From Chromatiales bacterium (GTDB lineage Bacteria > Pseudomonadota > Gammaproteobacteria > Chromatiales > Chromatiaceae): a stretch of 64,000 nucleotides of DNA. The position numbers were made by a program, and so were the translations under genes. The stretch covers positions 1,518 through 65,517 of the forward strand of contig JAKRWE010000002.1 of the NCBI GenBank assembly GCA_024712425.1, read 5' to 3'. Below the pieces are notes generated by a model. It had not been told where the DNA came from and ran no database searches. It worked only from the letters and a program-made list of their open reading frames with translations. Shown in pieces: positions 48,673 through 59,765 of the stretch. The stretch's first letter is position 1; each line of letters opens with the position of its first letter.

Positions 48673-49212
48673 TCAGGCCTCACCAAGCGCTTGCGCCGGT
48701 AACAGCGGTGTATATTCCCCGGAGGGCGGAAACCGCTCTATCAGCCATCCCGGCACCTCGCCGATGTTCGCCTTGTGCACCGCATTGGACTCCATGATGA
48801 TCAACACCAGTATGGTGAACAGCGTGGGCAGCATGACGATACCACCGATGGCGAAGTGTCCCGGTCGCAGATCGCTCGCGTTCCCGCCGACACTGGCCAG
48901 TATTGCCAGGATTCCCAGCCCCATGAACAGGATCATGCCGACAAAGAAACGGCTGCGTCGCGCGCACAGCTGCCAATGGGAAAAGACAAACCAGGAATCC
49001 CGCGACCTGGACAACCTGGCCCGCCATATCAGGTAGGACAGAATGACCACGGAGACGATGGGCACGATGAGAATCAGGTAGGGCTCCTGCTTGGCCATGC
49101 CGAGCAGGCCGACAAACACCAGGATATGGTTGGTAATCAGGTTGATCAGGAAAAACTCATGGGAGTGACGGGCCGCCTTGTGCTCTGCCTCGGAAATGCC
49201 ATCAAACTTCAT
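48673..49212 (-). CDS. hypothetical integral membrane protein (about 4 TM)
   Basis: 179-aa ORF with four hydrophobic segments. It lies 3 nt upstream of the previous ORF. Confidence 0.5.
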   Translation of the reverse strand: MKFDGISEAEHKAARHSHEFFLINLITNHILVFVGLLGMAKQEPYLILIVPIVSVVILSYLIWRARLSRSRDSWFVFSHWQLCARRSRFFVGMILFMGLGILAILASVGGNASDLRPGHFAIGGIVMLPTLFTILVLIIMESNAVHKANIGEVPGWLIERFPPSGEYTPLLPAQALGEA

Positions 49213-49307
49213 CTGTACTGCACCATCGGGAAAACCGGGCGCGTATGATACCCCAGTGCCTCAATCACCCGCCATGACAGATGAGGTGATTCCCAGGGTA
49301 ACCACAT

Positions 49308-50051
49308 CTAACCCGAGTGAGGCGGATGATCTGCCCGGCGCCAGACCGCCGTCCCACCGGAGGCCTTGTCGATGGCATCCAGGCGGGCCTCGTGCAGACA
49401 CAGCTCATCGGCATTGGCCGGCACCACACGCAAGGGGCGGCGCCCGGCCGGGAGCCGGCGGATGCCGCCCTCCTCCCCGGTCGTGCCTGACTCCTCCTCG
49501 CTTTCCAGGCTCAGGGTCTTCTGCCCGCCGGTCATCGCCAGGTACACATCGGCCAGTATCTCGGCATCGAGCAGGGCGCCGTGCTTGGTGCGGTGTGCAT
49601 TGTCGATATCGTAGCGGCCACACAGGGCGTCCAGGCTGTTGCGCTGGCCCGGGTGCTTTTCCCGCGCCATCACCAGGGTATCGGTGATCTCGCAGAAGTC
49701 CGCCATCCGCGGACCTTCCTCCAGGCGGGCGAGCTCTGCGTCGATGAAGCCCACGTCGAACGGGGCATTGTGGATGATGACCTCGGCCCCGCTCAGGTAT
49801 TGCACCATCTCGTCGGCAATATCGGCAAAGCGCGGCTTGTCGGCCAGAAATTCATTGGTGATACCGTGCACCTCGATGGCTCCCTGGTCGATCTCGCGGT
49901 CCGGCTGCAGGTAGACATGGAAATTGTTGCCGCTCAGGCGCCGGTCGATCAGCTCGACGCAGCCGATCTCGATGATCCGGTGTCCCTGGGACGGCTCGAG
50001 ACCGGTGGTCTCCGTATCGAGCACGATCTGCCGTTTACCCTCCTCACCCAT
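49308..50051 (-). CDS. dnaQ: DNA polymerase III subunit epsilon
   Basis: Exo I/II/III motifs ([32 protein letters not shown]). Confidence 0.93.
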   Translation of the reverse strand: MGEEGKRQIVLDTETTGLEPSQGHRIIEIGCVELIDRRLSGNNFHVYLQPDREIDQGAIEVHGITNEFLADKPRFADIADEMVQYLSGAEVIIHNAPFDVGFIDAELARLEEGPRMADFCEITDTLVMAREKHPGQRNSLDALCGRYDIDNAHRTKHGALLDAEILADVYLAMTGGQKTLSLESEEESGTTGEEGGIRRLPAGRRPLRVVPANADELCLHEARLDAIDKASGGTAVWRRADHPPHSG

Positions 50052-50487
50052 GCTGCAGCTCCTCTATCGCCCGATTGGCCAGCTCATCGGCGCGCTCATT
50101 TCCGGGGTGGCCGGCATGGCCCTTGACCCACTCCCAGTCGACCTGGTGACGCGCGACCGCTTCATCCAGCCGCTTCCACAGGTCCGCGTTCTTGACCGCC
50201 TTCTTCGCCGCGGTCTTCCAACCGTTGCGCTTCCAGTTGTGTATCCATTGGGTGATGCCGTTCTTCACGTATTGCGAGTCGGTGGTCACACGCACATGGC
50301 TGGGCCGCGTCAGCGCATCCAGACCGCTGATCACCGCCTGCAGCTCCATGCGATTGTTGGTGGTCTGCTGCTCGGCCCCGTACAGTTCCTTCTCCACGCC
50401 GCCGTAGCGCAGCAGGGCGCCCCAGCCACCCGGCCCGGGATTGCCCTTGCAGGCCCCATCGGTATACAACTCCACCACCTTGCTCAC
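50044..50487 (-). CDS. rnhA: ribonuclease HI
   Basis: 147 aa, [22 protein letters not shown]...TNNRMEL...[18 protein letters not shown]. Confidence 0.95.
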   Translation of the reverse strand: MSKVVELYTDGACKGNPGPGGWGALLRYGGVEKELYGAEQQTTNNRMELQAVISGLDALTRPSHVRVTTDSQYVKNGITQWIHNWKRNGWKTAAKKAVKNADLWKRLDEAVARHQVDWEWVKGHAGHPGNERADELANRAIEELQHG

Positions 50488-51278
50488 CGCTCACTCACCT
50501 CGTTGTGTTGCGAAACCCCGTTGCGCCGGGCCGATGGCTCGATCACGCCACCCGGCGAAAGCACGCGCAGGCCGTGCCAGCGCAGTTTGACCGGCGTGAC
50601 CGTGGATACCCGCTTGACCGCGCGGATCACGTACACGCCGGCCAGCATGGGCCAGACCCGCCGTCCCAGCCCCTCCAGGAAACCCAGTCGCTGTTGCCAG
50701 CGCGGCGGCAACGGCGGCGTGAACGCGGCGACATCGGTGTACTCGATATCGAAGCCCAGCAGCCCGAGCCAGTCGGCCACCCGCCAATAGGAAAGAAAAT
50801 GGCCACACCAGGGGACATGTCCCCGCCAACCCAGGAACAGGCGCCAGACACCCCACAGACTGAGCGGATTGAAGCCCACGATCAATACCCTTCCCTCGGG
50901 AATCAGAACCCGTTCCACCTCCCGCAACAGCTGCTGCGGATCGACGGAAAAATCCAGCGTGTGCCGCAGCACCACCGCATCGAGGCAGTCGTTCTGCAGG
51001 GGCAGTTGCTCTCCGAGGGCGCACAGATCACATTCGGCATCGTCCGCAGCCGCGCTGACATGCAGTTTGTGACGAATGGGACAGTTCTCGAAACGGACCG
51101 AATCGTTGGCAATTGTATCGATCTGGACGAGATAATAGCCAAACAGGCTCTCAGCGAAGTGCTCCAACATCTCCTGCTCGGCCACCGCCAGCTTCTCGCC
51201 GACCGGATTCCCGAACCAGTTCGCCAGGGCGCGGTGGATCTCGGGAACCCGGTCATTGCAGCTCGAGGGTGTGCTCAT
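50484..51278 (-). CDS. class I SAM-dependent methyltransferase (YafS-like)
   Basis: 264 aa from MSTPSS, with the position and size of E. coli yafS next to rnhA. ATG 51278 is chosen over the track start at 51383. Confidence 0.6.
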   Translation of the reverse strand: MSTPSSCNDRVPEIHRALANWFGNPVGEKLAVAEQEMLEHFAESLFGYYLVQIDTIANDSVRFENCPIRHKLHVSAAADDAECDLCALGEQLPLQNDCLDAVVLRHTLDFSVDPQQLLREVERVLIPEGRVLIVGFNPLSLWGVWRLFLGWRGHVPWCGHFLSYWRVADWLGLLGFDIEYTDVAAFTPPLPPRWQQRLGFLEGLGRRVWPMLAGVYVIRAVKRVSTVTPVKLRWHGLRVLSPGGVIEPSARRNGVSQHNEVSER

Positions 51279-51311
51279 GTCGGTAGCCTGCGCTGCCAGG
51301 TTTTCGTATAG

Positions 51312-52748
51312 TTGCCCGCCATGATGCTCCCGCAGAAGAAAGTGCCCACCCACGATTCTGACCAAACCCCGCGTGCAGGGCAATGGCTGTATCGCGGCCT
51401 GCCGCTGTTGCTCCTGCTGCTCCAGTTCGGACTCCTGCGCGGCTGTGTCTCGTTGTCACCCGAGCACAGGGTTTCGGTGCGTCCCGGCCTGCCCCCGGAC
51501 AGCCCCCCCGGCGAACAGGCGTCCACCGGGGGCAGCGGGGACCGGAATCCGCACCCAAAAGCTGTCGATACCCCCGCAGCCCCGCCTCCACCACAGGACC
51601 TGTGGGCGCGACTGCGTGATGATTTCCGCTTCCAACACATCCAGCATCCGCGTATTGCCCGCGAAATCAGGCGCCTGCAGCAGCATCCAAAGTCCTTCGA
51701 TGCCCTGGCCAGGCGCGCTGTGCCGTATCTCTACCACATCGTCGACGCGGTGGAGCAACGCGACATGCCCGGCGAACTCGCCCTGCTGCCCGCGGTGGAG
51801 AGCGGTTACCAGCCCTTTGCCTACTCATCCAACGGGGCGGCCGGCCTGTGGCAATTCATGCCCGCCACCGGGCGCATGCTCGGCCTGGAGCAGAACCGTC
51901 TCTACGACGGACGCCGGGACATCCTGCGCTCGACCGATGCCGCGCTCGATTACCTGTCGCAACTGAGCCAGCAGCTGGATGGCAACTGGCTGCATGCCCT
52001 GGCCGCCTACAACTGCGGCATCGGGACGGTCAAAAAGGCCATTCGCAAGGCCGAACGACACGCTCGCAACACCAGTTACTGGGGGCTGGACCTGCCCGGG
52101 GAGACCGACGCCTACGTACCGCGCCTGCTGGCGTTTGCGCGCATCGTCCAAGACCCGGCGAAATACGGGCTGGCGCTGCCGGCGCTCCCCAACGCGCCTT
52201 ACTTCGATACCACCCTGGTCGACAGCGCCCTGGACCTGGAGCTGGCCGCCGAGCTTGCCGGCCTCCCGCTGGACGATCTGCTGTCGCTCAACCCGGGCTA
52301 CCGCCAGGGCGTCACCCCGGCCCGCCGGCCTTCCCGCCTGCTCTTGCCCAAGGCGTATCGCACCATCTTCGAGCAGGCACTGGCGCGCCTGCCGAAGGAC
52401 AAATGGGTCCGTTGGGTCGAGCACAGGATACGCCGTGGCGACACGCTGATCGGCATTGCGAAGCACTACCATGTCAGCGTCGCGGCCATTCGCGAGGCCA
52501 ACGGCATCAAGGGGCACAACATCCGTGCCGGCAAACGGCTCCAGATCCCGCTGTCGGGCCGGGCCAGTGACCGGGTGCGGCGGATCGCCGCTGTCCGCTC
52601 GAAAGTCCGCTACCGCGTGCGCAAGGGTGACTCGCTGTACACCATCGCACGCCGTTTCTCGGTATCGATCAGGGATCTCAAACGCTGGAACCGCGTGGGG
52701 CGCTACATCCGCCCCGGCCAGCACCTGACCGTGTACATCCGTTCCTGA
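51312..52748 (+). CDS. mltD: membrane-bound lytic murein transglycosylase D (SLT domain plus LysM repeats)
   Basis: Lipobox LLRGC, an SLT catalytic region (ESGYQPFAYSSNGAAGLWQFMP) and two C-terminal LysM repeats (RRGDTLIGIAKHY, RKGDSLYTIARRF). The exact start is uncertain. Confidence 0.85.
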   Translation: MPAMMLPQKKVPTHDSDQTPRAGQWLYRGLPLLLLLLQFGLLRGCVSLSPEHRVSVRPGLPPDSPPGEQASTGGSGDRNPHPKAVDTPAAPPPPQDLWARLRDDFRFQHIQHPRIAREIRRLQQHPKSFDALARRAVPYLYHIVDAVEQRDMPGELALLPAVESGYQPFAYSSNGAAGLWQFMPATGRMLGLEQNRLYDGRRDILRSTDAALDYLSQLSQQLDGNWLHALAAYNCGIGTVKKAIRKAERHARNTSYWGLDLPGETDAYVPRLLAFARIVQDPAKYGLALPALPNAPYFDTTLVDSALDLELAAELAGLPLDDLLSLNPGYRQGVTPARRPSRLLLPKAYRTIFEQALARLPKDKWVRWVEHRIRRGDTLIGIAKHYHVSVAAIREANGIKGHNIRAGKRLQIPLSGRASDRVRRIAAVRSKVRYRVRKGDSLYTIARRFSVSIRDLKRWNRVGRYIRPGQHLTVYIRS

Positions 52749-52758
52749 AACCCCGGGA

Positions 52759-53040
52759 TCAGTGGCAAACCACGTTTGGCGTGTCGCTGCCAGTGCCGGA
52801 GGCTGCCACCACACACTGCATGGTGCCGCAGGAGCAGTTGAAGACCACCGCCCCGATTCCCTGCAGGGGGGTGCCCGCTGAGCAGCTGCAGGGGCTGGAA
52901 AAGGCGCCGCCGAGCCGGGCGATACGTGCCGCCTTGCTGGAGTCCCCGACATACTGCCGCAGGTTCTTCTCGCGTGTACCCTCCGCGATGGAGGCGGACG
53001 CGAACGAAACCAACACGACGCCAAGCAACAGATAACGCAT
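52759..53040 (-). CDS. small secreted Cys-rich protein of unknown function
   Basis: 93 aa with signal peptide MRYLLLGVVLVSFASASIA and six Cys in CSC / CSCGTMQC / VVCH arrangements. It lies 17 nt downstream of the ABC ATPase gene on the same strand. Confidence 0.5.
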   Translation of the reverse strand: MRYLLLGVVLVSFASASIAEGTREKNLRQYVGDSSKAARIARLGGAFSSPCSCSAGTPLQGIGAVVFNCSCGTMQCVVAASGTGSDTPNVVCH

Positions 53041-53057
53041 CTTCTTCTACCTTCCCG

Positions 53058-55073
53058 TTATTCCTGGTGGAGCCAGCATGCTACCCGATGGGTCTCGTCC
53101 AGCGCCACCGTCGGGGGATAGGCCTCGCGGCAGCGCGGCTCCGCCTTCGGACAGCGTTCGTGGAAGTGGCAGCCCGCCGGTGGATTCGCGGGTGAAGGCA
53201 TATCCCCCTCGAGACGCAGGACCTCGCGATGTCTTGCCGGATCCGGCACCGGCACGCTGGCCAGCAGGGCCTCGGTATAGGGGTGCGCCGGTGCGTTGAG
53301 GATGCGTCCGACCGGGCCCTGCTCGACGATGCGCCCGAGATACATCACCGCCACCTCGTCCGCGAGATAGGCCACCACCGCGATATTGTGGGTGATGAAC
53401 AGATAGCTCAGGTCCAGCGCTGCCTGCAGTTCCTTGAGCAGGTTGAGCACCTGCGCCTGCACGCTGACATCCAGCGCACTGGTGGGCTCATCGCACACGA
53501 TCAGGCGCGGGTCCACCGCCAGGGCACGCGCGATGGCGATACGCTGGCGCTGCCCCCCGGAGAACTCGTGCGGATAGCGCTGCACCGCGTCGGCGGGCAG
53601 GCCGACCTGGCCGAGCAACTCGGCCACCCGCGCCCGCTGTGCATTGCGGTCACCGCCGATGCCCTGGGCCCGCATACCCTCGGCCACGATATCGCCCACC
53701 AGCATGCGCGGATTCATGGACGAAGCCGGGTCCTGGAAGATGATCTGGAAGGAGCGCCGCAAGCGGCGCAGGGGCTCGCCCTTGAGCTGCGTCAGTTCCG
53801 TGCCGTCGAAGTCGACACTGCCGCCCGTGGGCCGTAGCAGCTGCAGCAACGCCTTGCCGACCGTGGTCTTGCCGCAGCCCGACTCACCGACCAGCGCCAG
53901 CGTGCGACCGGCATGCAGCGCCATGTCGAGACCGTCCACCGCCTTGACATGCCCGACGGTGCGACGCAGCACCCCCTTGCGGATGGGAAAATGCACCTTC
54001 AGGCCAGTGGCCTGCATCAATGGCCGGCCGCCGTTCTCCACCGGGTCTCGCGTCACCGGCAATACCGCCTGCTCGAGATGGATGTCGTCGACGCCAAGAT
54101 GGCAACGGTAACCGTCTTCTGTTTCACCCTGCCACGGCGGCGGGCCGCCGCCACACAGCTCCCGGGCCGCTTCACAGCGGTCACGGAACCGGCATAGCGT
54201 GAATTCCCGGTCCAGCGGCGGCACCATGCCCTTGATGATGTCCAGACCCTGGTTGCGCTTGCTGGCGTCCGGCAGGGAGCGGAACAGCTTGCGGCTGTAG
54301 GGGTGGCGCGGCTGGCGGAAGAAATCGTCCACCGCCCCCACTTCGACCATCTGTCCCGCATACATCACGCCCACCCGGTCGGCCATCTCGGCGACCACGC
54401 CCAGGTCGTGGGTGATCAGCAGGATCGCCATGCCGGTCTCGCGTTGCAGATCCCGCAGCAGCTGCAGCACCTGCGCCTGTATGGTCACGTCCAGGGCGGT
54501 GGTCGGCTCGTCCGCAATCAGAACATCCGGCCGCCCGGCCAGGGCCATGGCGATCATGACCCGCTGTTTCATGCCCCCGGAGAGCTGGTGCGGGTACTCG
54601 TCCACGCGCCGCGCCGGGTCCGGTATGCCGACCTGGCGAAACAGCTCCACCACGCGTGCGCGCGGATCAGCGGCATGTTGGGGATCGTGCAGGCGCACCG
54701 CCTCGGCGACCTGCCGCCCGGCAGTCATGACCGGGTTGAGCGAGGTCATGGGCTCCTGGAAGATCATGCCGATGCGCCCGCCCCGCTCGCGGCGCATCTC
54801 GACCTCCGGCAGGTCCAGCAGCGAGCGACCATTGAGGACCACCTCACCATCGACCACCCGCCCGGATGGCGGCAGCAGACGCATCGTCGACAGCGCGATC
54901 ATGGACTTACCGCAACCGGACTCGCCCACCAGGACGAAGGTCTCGCCGTGGTGCAGGCGCAGGTCCACGCCATCCACCGCGCGCACCGGCCGGTTCCGGG
55001 AACCCAAGTGGGTGCACAGATCGCGTACATCGAGTACCAGGTCGTGTCCGGTCTGTGGCCGGGTCTGGTTCAT
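53058..55073 (-). CDS. yejF: peptide-type ABC transporter ATP-binding protein with duplicated ATPase domains (YejF-like)
   Basis: 671 aa from MNQTRPQ, with two Walker A motifs ([18 protein letters not shown]) and two LSGG signatures. ATG 55073 is chosen; the track ORF extension to 55496 is rejected. Confidence 0.85.
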   Translation of the reverse strand: MNQTRPQTGHDLVLDVRDLCTHLGSRNRPVRAVDGVDLRLHHGETFVLVGESGCGKSMIALSTMRLLPPSGRVVDGEVVLNGRSLLDLPEVEMRRERGGRIGMIFQEPMTSLNPVMTAGRQVAEAVRLHDPQHAADPRARVVELFRQVGIPDPARRVDEYPHQLSGGMKQRVMIAMALAGRPDVLIADEPTTALDVTIQAQVLQLLRDLQRETGMAILLITHDLGVVAEMADRVGVMYAGQMVEVGAVDDFFRQPRHPYSRKLFRSLPDASKRNQGLDIIKGMVPPLDREFTLCRFRDRCEAARELCGGGPPPWQGETEDGYRCHLGVDDIHLEQAVLPVTRDPVENGGRPLMQATGLKVHFPIRKGVLRRTVGHVKAVDGLDMALHAGRTLALVGESGCGKTTVGKALLQLLRPTGGSVDFDGTELTQLKGEPLRRLRRSFQIIFQDPASSMNPRMLVGDIVAEGMRAQGIGGDRNAQRARVAELLGQVGLPADAVQRYPHEFSGGQRQRIAIARALAVDPRLIVCDEPTSALDVSVQAQVLNLLKELQAALDLSYLFITHNIAVVAYLADEVAVMYLGRIVEQGPVGRILNAPAHPYTEALLASVPVPDPARHREVLRLEGDMPSPANPPAGCHFHERCPKAEPRCREAYPPTVALDETHRVACWLHQE

Positions 55074-56461
55074 GTCCTCTCCCTCAGGCGCGGATCGAAG
55101 GCGTCCCGCACCACGTCTGCAAACAGATTGGCCGCCAGCACCAGCACGAACATGAAAACGAAGGCCGCCAGCAACGACCACCAGACCACCGGCTCGCGCG
55201 CCAGTTCCAGGCGTGCGCTGTTGATCATATTGCCCCAGCTGTTGGTGTTGGGATCGACCCCGATGTTGATGTAGGACAGCACCGCCTCGGCCAGCACCAG
55301 ACCGCTGAAGTCCAGCACCACCACGATCAGCACGATGTGCATCACGTTGGGCAGGATGTGACGCATCAGGGTGGTGAAGTGGCCCACGCCGAAGGCCTGC
55401 GCCGCCTGCACGTATTCGAGCTGGCGCAGCTTGAGCGTCTCGCCGCGCAGCAGCCGGCACAGCGAGGTCCAGCTGGTAACGCCCAGGATCACGCACAGGA
55501 ACAGCAGGCGCAGGTCGGCGCGCTCGGTGAGGCTGTTGAACTCGTCCTGGTGGTTGCTCATGTAGATCTGCATGATCAGCACCGCCGCCGCGATCAGCAA
55601 TACTCCGGGCACCGAACTGAGCGTGGTGTAGAGATACTGGATGACATCATCCACCCAGCCGCGGAAGTAGCCGGCCATGATGCCGAGCAGGATCGCCGCG
55701 GGCAGCATCACCAGGGTGGTGAGGGTGCCGATCACCAGCCCGGTGCGGATGCTCTTGAGCGACTGGTAGAACACGTCCTCGCCCACCTTGTCGGTGCCCA
55801 GCACGTGATAGGCGCCGGCCAGGGTCAGGGTCAGTCCCAGCAGCACCAGCACCGCCAGCCCGGCCCAGGCGGCCGAGCGCAGCGGGCCGATCGCGGGATC
55901 GCGCCACCACCGGCGCCAGCGGTGTCCGCGGCGGCGCAGGGCCACTGCCAACGACAGCAGCCAGGCCGTGCCACCCAGCACGACGCCACCCAGGACGCGG
56001 ATGAGCAGATCCGCCCCCCGGTCCGCATCCGGGTCAGCGAGGTGCGCCCCACCCCATTTCAGGCGCGGAAAATCGCGTACCTGCCCGCCACCGGGCAGCT
56101 CGATGGTCTCGCGCGCGTACAGGTGTGTGGCAAAGGGCGCGGAATAGGTCTTCTCGCTGTGCTCTCGCAGCGGTGTGGCGATCAGGTCCAGCACGCTCAT
56201 CACCTCGCTGGCATAGCGCGCCTGCCCGTTGCCGTCCTCGCCGCTGGCCGGACGGTAATGCAGGGTGTCCAGCAGGCCGATCAGCACGTACAGCGCGATC
56301 ACCACCAGGGAACCCATGGCGGTGCGACTGCGCGCCACCCGCCGCCAAGGCGCGCGCAGATGGGCATGCCGGCGGGTGTACCAGGCGAGGCTGCCGGCCA
56401 GCAGCACCAGCAGGTAGATCAGGGCATCGGTGGCAAGGACCACGGGCTGAAACGGCATCAT
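55070..56461 (-). CDS. yejE: ABC transporter permease (YejE-like) with an extended N-terminus
   Basis: The C-terminal BPD_transp_1 core ends in the typical ...DAFDPRLR tail. About 190 extra N-terminal residues carry additional TM segments. Confidence 0.8.
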   Translation of the reverse strand: MMPFQPVVLATDALIYLLVLLAGSLAWYTRRHAHLRAPWRRVARSRTAMGSLVVIALYVLIGLLDTLHYRPASGEDGNGQARYASEVMSVLDLIATPLREHSEKTYSAPFATHLYARETIELPGGGQVRDFPRLKWGGAHLADPDADRGADLLIRVLGGVVLGGTAWLLSLAVALRRRGHRWRRWWRDPAIGPLRSAAWAGLAVLVLLGLTLTLAGAYHVLGTDKVGEDVFYQSLKSIRTGLVIGTLTTLVMLPAAILLGIMAGYFRGWVDDVIQYLYTTLSSVPGVLLIAAAVLIMQIYMSNHQDEFNSLTERADLRLLFLCVILGVTSWTSLCRLLRGETLKLRQLEYVQAAQAFGVGHFTTLMRHILPNVMHIVLIVVVLDFSGLVLAEAVLSYINIGVDPNTNSWGNMINSARLELAREPVVWWSLLAAFVFMFVLVLAANLFADVVRDAFDPRLRERT

Positions 56462-57435
56462 TCCAGCCTCACGCGCGGGTCGGCGATGGTGTAGGAGATG
56501 TCGGTCAGCAACAGGCCCAGGATATACAGCGCAGCGCCCAGGAACACCATGGCGCGCACGATGGCAAAGTCCTGGCGATTGATCGCATCGATGGTGTAGC
56601 TACCCAACCCCGGCACCCCGAAGAAAGACTCCAGCAGCAGGCTGCCCATGAACAGGCTGGGCAACACCACTACCACCCCGGTCAGGATGGGGATCAGGGC
56701 ATTGCGCAACACGTGCCCAAACAGCACCCGCTGTTCCGAGAGGCCCTTGGCGCGGGCGCTGCGCACGAAGTCCTTGTTGATCTCCTCCAGGAAAAGGGTG
56801 CGGTACCAGCGCGAGCCGGCGCCGATGGCGCTGACCACGCCGATGATCACCGGCAGCACCAGGAACTTCCAGGCATTCGCGCCCACGTCATAGCCCGAGA
56901 TGGGAAACAGGTTGAGCAGTTTGCCCAGCAGCACCTGCCCGCCGATGATGTAGAACAGACCCGAGATCGACATCATGGCGACGCACAGCACCACCCCCCA
57001 GAGGTCGAGGTAGGTGCCACGGAAGAAGGCCAGCAGCAGCGAGAAGCTGATGTTGACCAGCAGCCCGACCAGCAGCACCGGGATCGCGATGGCGAGACTG
57101 GGCCACATGCGCTGGGTGATGTCGTGGCCGATGTTGCGGCCACTGTCGGACTGGCCGAAGTCAAAGGCGAACAGGCGCAGCGACTTGTCGAAGAAGATGG
57201 TGTCGGTAACCACACCGGCACCGCGGGCCGCGCTGTTCCATACCAGCGGCTTGTCGTAACCACGCTCGTGTTTCCACTGCTGAATGGCCTCGTCGGTCAC
57301 GCGCTTGGCCCCGAGATGCATGCGCGCCATGTCGTCCGGTGAATTGACCACGAAGAACAGCAGGAAGGTCAGCAGGTTGACCCCGATCAGGATCGGGATC
57401 GCGTACAGGGTGCGCCGGACGATATAGGCCATCAT
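56458..57435 (-). CDS. yejB: ABC transporter permease (YejB-like)
   Basis: MMAYIVRRTLYAIPILIGVNLLTF is an N-terminus typical of DppB/OppB/YejB permeases. The C-terminus is ADPRVRLE. Confidence 0.85.
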   Translation of the reverse strand: MMAYIVRRTLYAIPILIGVNLLTFLLFFVVNSPDDMARMHLGAKRVTDEAIQQWKHERGYDKPLVWNSAARGAGVVTDTIFFDKSLRLFAFDFGQSDSGRNIGHDITQRMWPSLAIAIPVLLVGLLVNISFSLLLAFFRGTYLDLWGVVLCVAMMSISGLFYIIGGQVLLGKLLNLFPISGYDVGANAWKFLVLPVIIGVVSAIGAGSRWYRTLFLEEINKDFVRSARAKGLSEQRVLFGHVLRNALIPILTGVVVVLPSLFMGSLLLESFFGVPGLGSYTIDAINRQDFAIVRAMVFLGAALYILGLLLTDISYTIADPRVRLE

Positions 57436-59654
57436 CGCGCGCGACTCCTCTCCCGGGCCCGGTAGTCACGGATCGCGGGAATGGCGGAGACCACCAGCAG
57501 GATCAGCAGCACCCACACCGACCACAGCACCGGCCGGTTCCATTCCTTCTGTTTCTGAGTGCGCAGCCGGCCATCGATGCGCTTGTACTTGAGGGTGTTG
57601 TTCGCCATCAGGTGCGGCAGCGCATTGCCATACCAGGCATGATGCAGGCTGAAACCCTTGGGGAAGTAGCCGAAAAGCCAGGGCGATTCCTCGCGCAGGA
57701 TGGTTACCATACGGTCGATCAGCTGCTGCCGTTGCTCTCCGCTGGGCATGTTCTTCATCCGGTCGAACAGGGCGTCGAACTCGGCATTGCTGAAATTGGC
57801 CGCGTTCTCGCCATGGTGCGCCACCTTGCCGTTCGGTCCGTACAGCGGGAACAGGAAATTCTCCGGGTCCGGGTAGTCGGCGTTCCAGCCCCAGCTGAAG
57901 ATCTGTGCGGTACCCTTGAGCATCTTCTCCTGGAAACGGTTGTAGTCGGTGGTGCGCACCACCAGCTGGATGCCCAGCTTTTTGAACTGGTTGACGTACC
58001 ACTGCAGCATCGACTTGCTGCCCGGCCCGGACAGGGCGGTATCGTAGTACAGGATCAGCGCGTTGCCGGTCGCGGGATCGATGCCATCCGCATAGCCGGC
58101 CTCGGCCATCAGCTGCCGCGCATCCTCGATGGAGCGGCGCCGCGGCCGCCCGTCGCGCCAGCGGTAGACCACCGGATTGATGCCGGCCTTGCCGTCGCGG
58201 GCGCCAAAGATGCCCGGCGGCAGCGGACCCTGGGCCGCCTCGCCGCGCCCGTTGTTGAAGATGGAGATGTACTCCTCCCAGTCCACCGCGATGGCGATGG
58301 CCTGGCGCAGCCGGCGCGCGCGCGCCCGATCCGCCGGATCACCCGACCTGCCGCCGACCACCGGATCGCGCATGTTGAAGCCCATGTAGAAGATCGAGGT
58401 CTCGACCGCGGTATCCAGCAGGATGCCCTTGTCGCGCATCTCCGGGGTCAGGTTGGCCTCGCCGTTGGCGCCGATCTGGATCGCCTGATCGAAGCTGTCG
58501 GAGGCGATGCCGGAATTGTCGTAATAGCCCTGCAGGAACTTGTTCCAGCGCGGAATGGCCTCCTTCTCCAGGCTGTAGACCGCCTTTTCGATGAATGGCA
58601 TCGGCTTGCCCGCATCGTCCAGCAGGCCCGCCCGCCGGTCTGCATCGCTGCCCTCCGACGGATAGGCCTCGCCATGGAAGTTGGGATTGCGGCTGAGCAC
58701 CATGCGCAGGTTGGGATTGTTCTCGGTCAGCATGAAGGGACCGGTGCCGACCGGATACCAGTTCAGGGTGATATTCCGCTCGGCCATCCCGGGCTGGGCA
58801 TAGAAGCGCTCCGCCTCCCATGGCATGGGGGCGAAGAAATTCATCGCCAGCCAGTAGATGAACTGCGGGTAGACCCCCTTCAGGCGGATGCGGTAGGTAT
58901 AACGGTCGAGCGCCCTCACCCCGGTCATGTCCAGTTTGCGCAGGTCGGTCCACAAGCGCCCCGCGGCCCGGTCCCTCTCCTGCTGCGCCCTGGCCTTTTT
59001 GGCGAACCCGGCAAAGCCCTGGATATGCTCCGCCATCAGGCCGGCGATGGGCGAGTGATTGGCCGGCACGGCCAGGCGCTTGATCTGGTAGACATAGTCC
59101 GCGGCGGTCAGCTCGCGCGTGTCCCGTTCCGGGAAATCGTCCAACGTATAGCGCCCCTCGAGACCGCCTGCACCGAGTGGCCAGTAACGGTACCCTCCAT
59201 CCTTCGAGCGGACAAAGGCCGGATGCGGCTGAAAACGGATATGCGGCTTGATCCGTATCCGGTATTCACTGCTCGCCACCTGGGCCGGGTCCGCACCGGC
59301 GGGCAGGCGCCGCCCGCGGCTGTCGAACAGACGCACCACCGGCATGGCGGCTGCCGTCAGCGGCACCAGTTGGTAGGGCCTTTTCAGAAAATGGTACTGC
59401 AGCGGCGGCTCGTAGACCTGGGAGATGAAGGCCCATTCATTGGAGCTGTAGGAACGCGCCGGGTCCAGGAACTTCGGGCGTTCGGAGAAGGAGCTGAAGA
59501 AAATCGCCGGTTCACTCTCACCCGCGGGGTAGGGACTGTTCCACGGCGGGGCGCCACAGGCGGCCAGCAACAGCGCCAGGCACCACAGAACCCATTTCTT
59601 TCTCGGCAAGTAGATTTTGATCAAGGTCCGGCTTTCAGGTAATTTATCGGCCAT
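57432..59654 (-). CDS. yejA: family-5 ABC substrate-binding protein (YejA-like) with lipoprotein signal and C-terminal TM segment
   Basis: Start MADKLPESRTL..., lipobox LLAAC, an SBP_bac_5-like body and the C-terminal hydrophobic stretch VLWSVWVLLILLVVSAIPAI followed by a basic tail. The track start at 59711 is also possible. Confidence 0.75.
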   Translation of the reverse strand: MADKLPESRTLIKIYLPRKKWVLWCLALLLAACGAPPWNSPYPAGESEPAIFFSSFSERPKFLDPARSYSSNEWAFISQVYEPPLQYHFLKRPYQLVPLTAAAMPVVRLFDSRGRRLPAGADPAQVASSEYRIRIKPHIRFQPHPAFVRSKDGGYRYWPLGAGGLEGRYTLDDFPERDTRELTAADYVYQIKRLAVPANHSPIAGLMAEHIQGFAGFAKKARAQQERDRAAGRLWTDLRKLDMTGVRALDRYTYRIRLKGVYPQFIYWLAMNFFAPMPWEAERFYAQPGMAERNITLNWYPVGTGPFMLTENNPNLRMVLSRNPNFHGEAYPSEGSDADRRAGLLDDAGKPMPFIEKAVYSLEKEAIPRWNKFLQGYYDNSGIASDSFDQAIQIGANGEANLTPEMRDKGILLDTAVETSIFYMGFNMRDPVVGGRSGDPADRARARRLRQAIAIAVDWEEYISIFNNGRGEAAQGPLPPGIFGARDGKAGINPVVYRWRDGRPRRRSIEDARQLMAEAGYADGIDPATGNALILYYDTALSGPGSKSMLQWYVNQFKKLGIQLVVRTTDYNRFQEKMLKGTAQIFSWGWNADYPDPENFLFPLYGPNGKVAHHGENAANFSNAEFDALFDRMKNMPSGEQRQQLIDRMVTILREESPWLFGYFPKGFSLHHAWYGNALPHLMANNTLKYKRIDGRLRTQKQKEWNRPVLWSVWVLLILLVVSAIPAIRDYRARERSRAR

Positions 59655-59765
59655 CGCGAGCGGCAGCGCACTGCGTCGCCTGGCGCCATCCTCCGGAACG
59701 GATGATCGCATTGGTCCAGACGCCTGTCAGCCGCTTTTTTTCATCTGCCAATCAAGGAAAAATCC

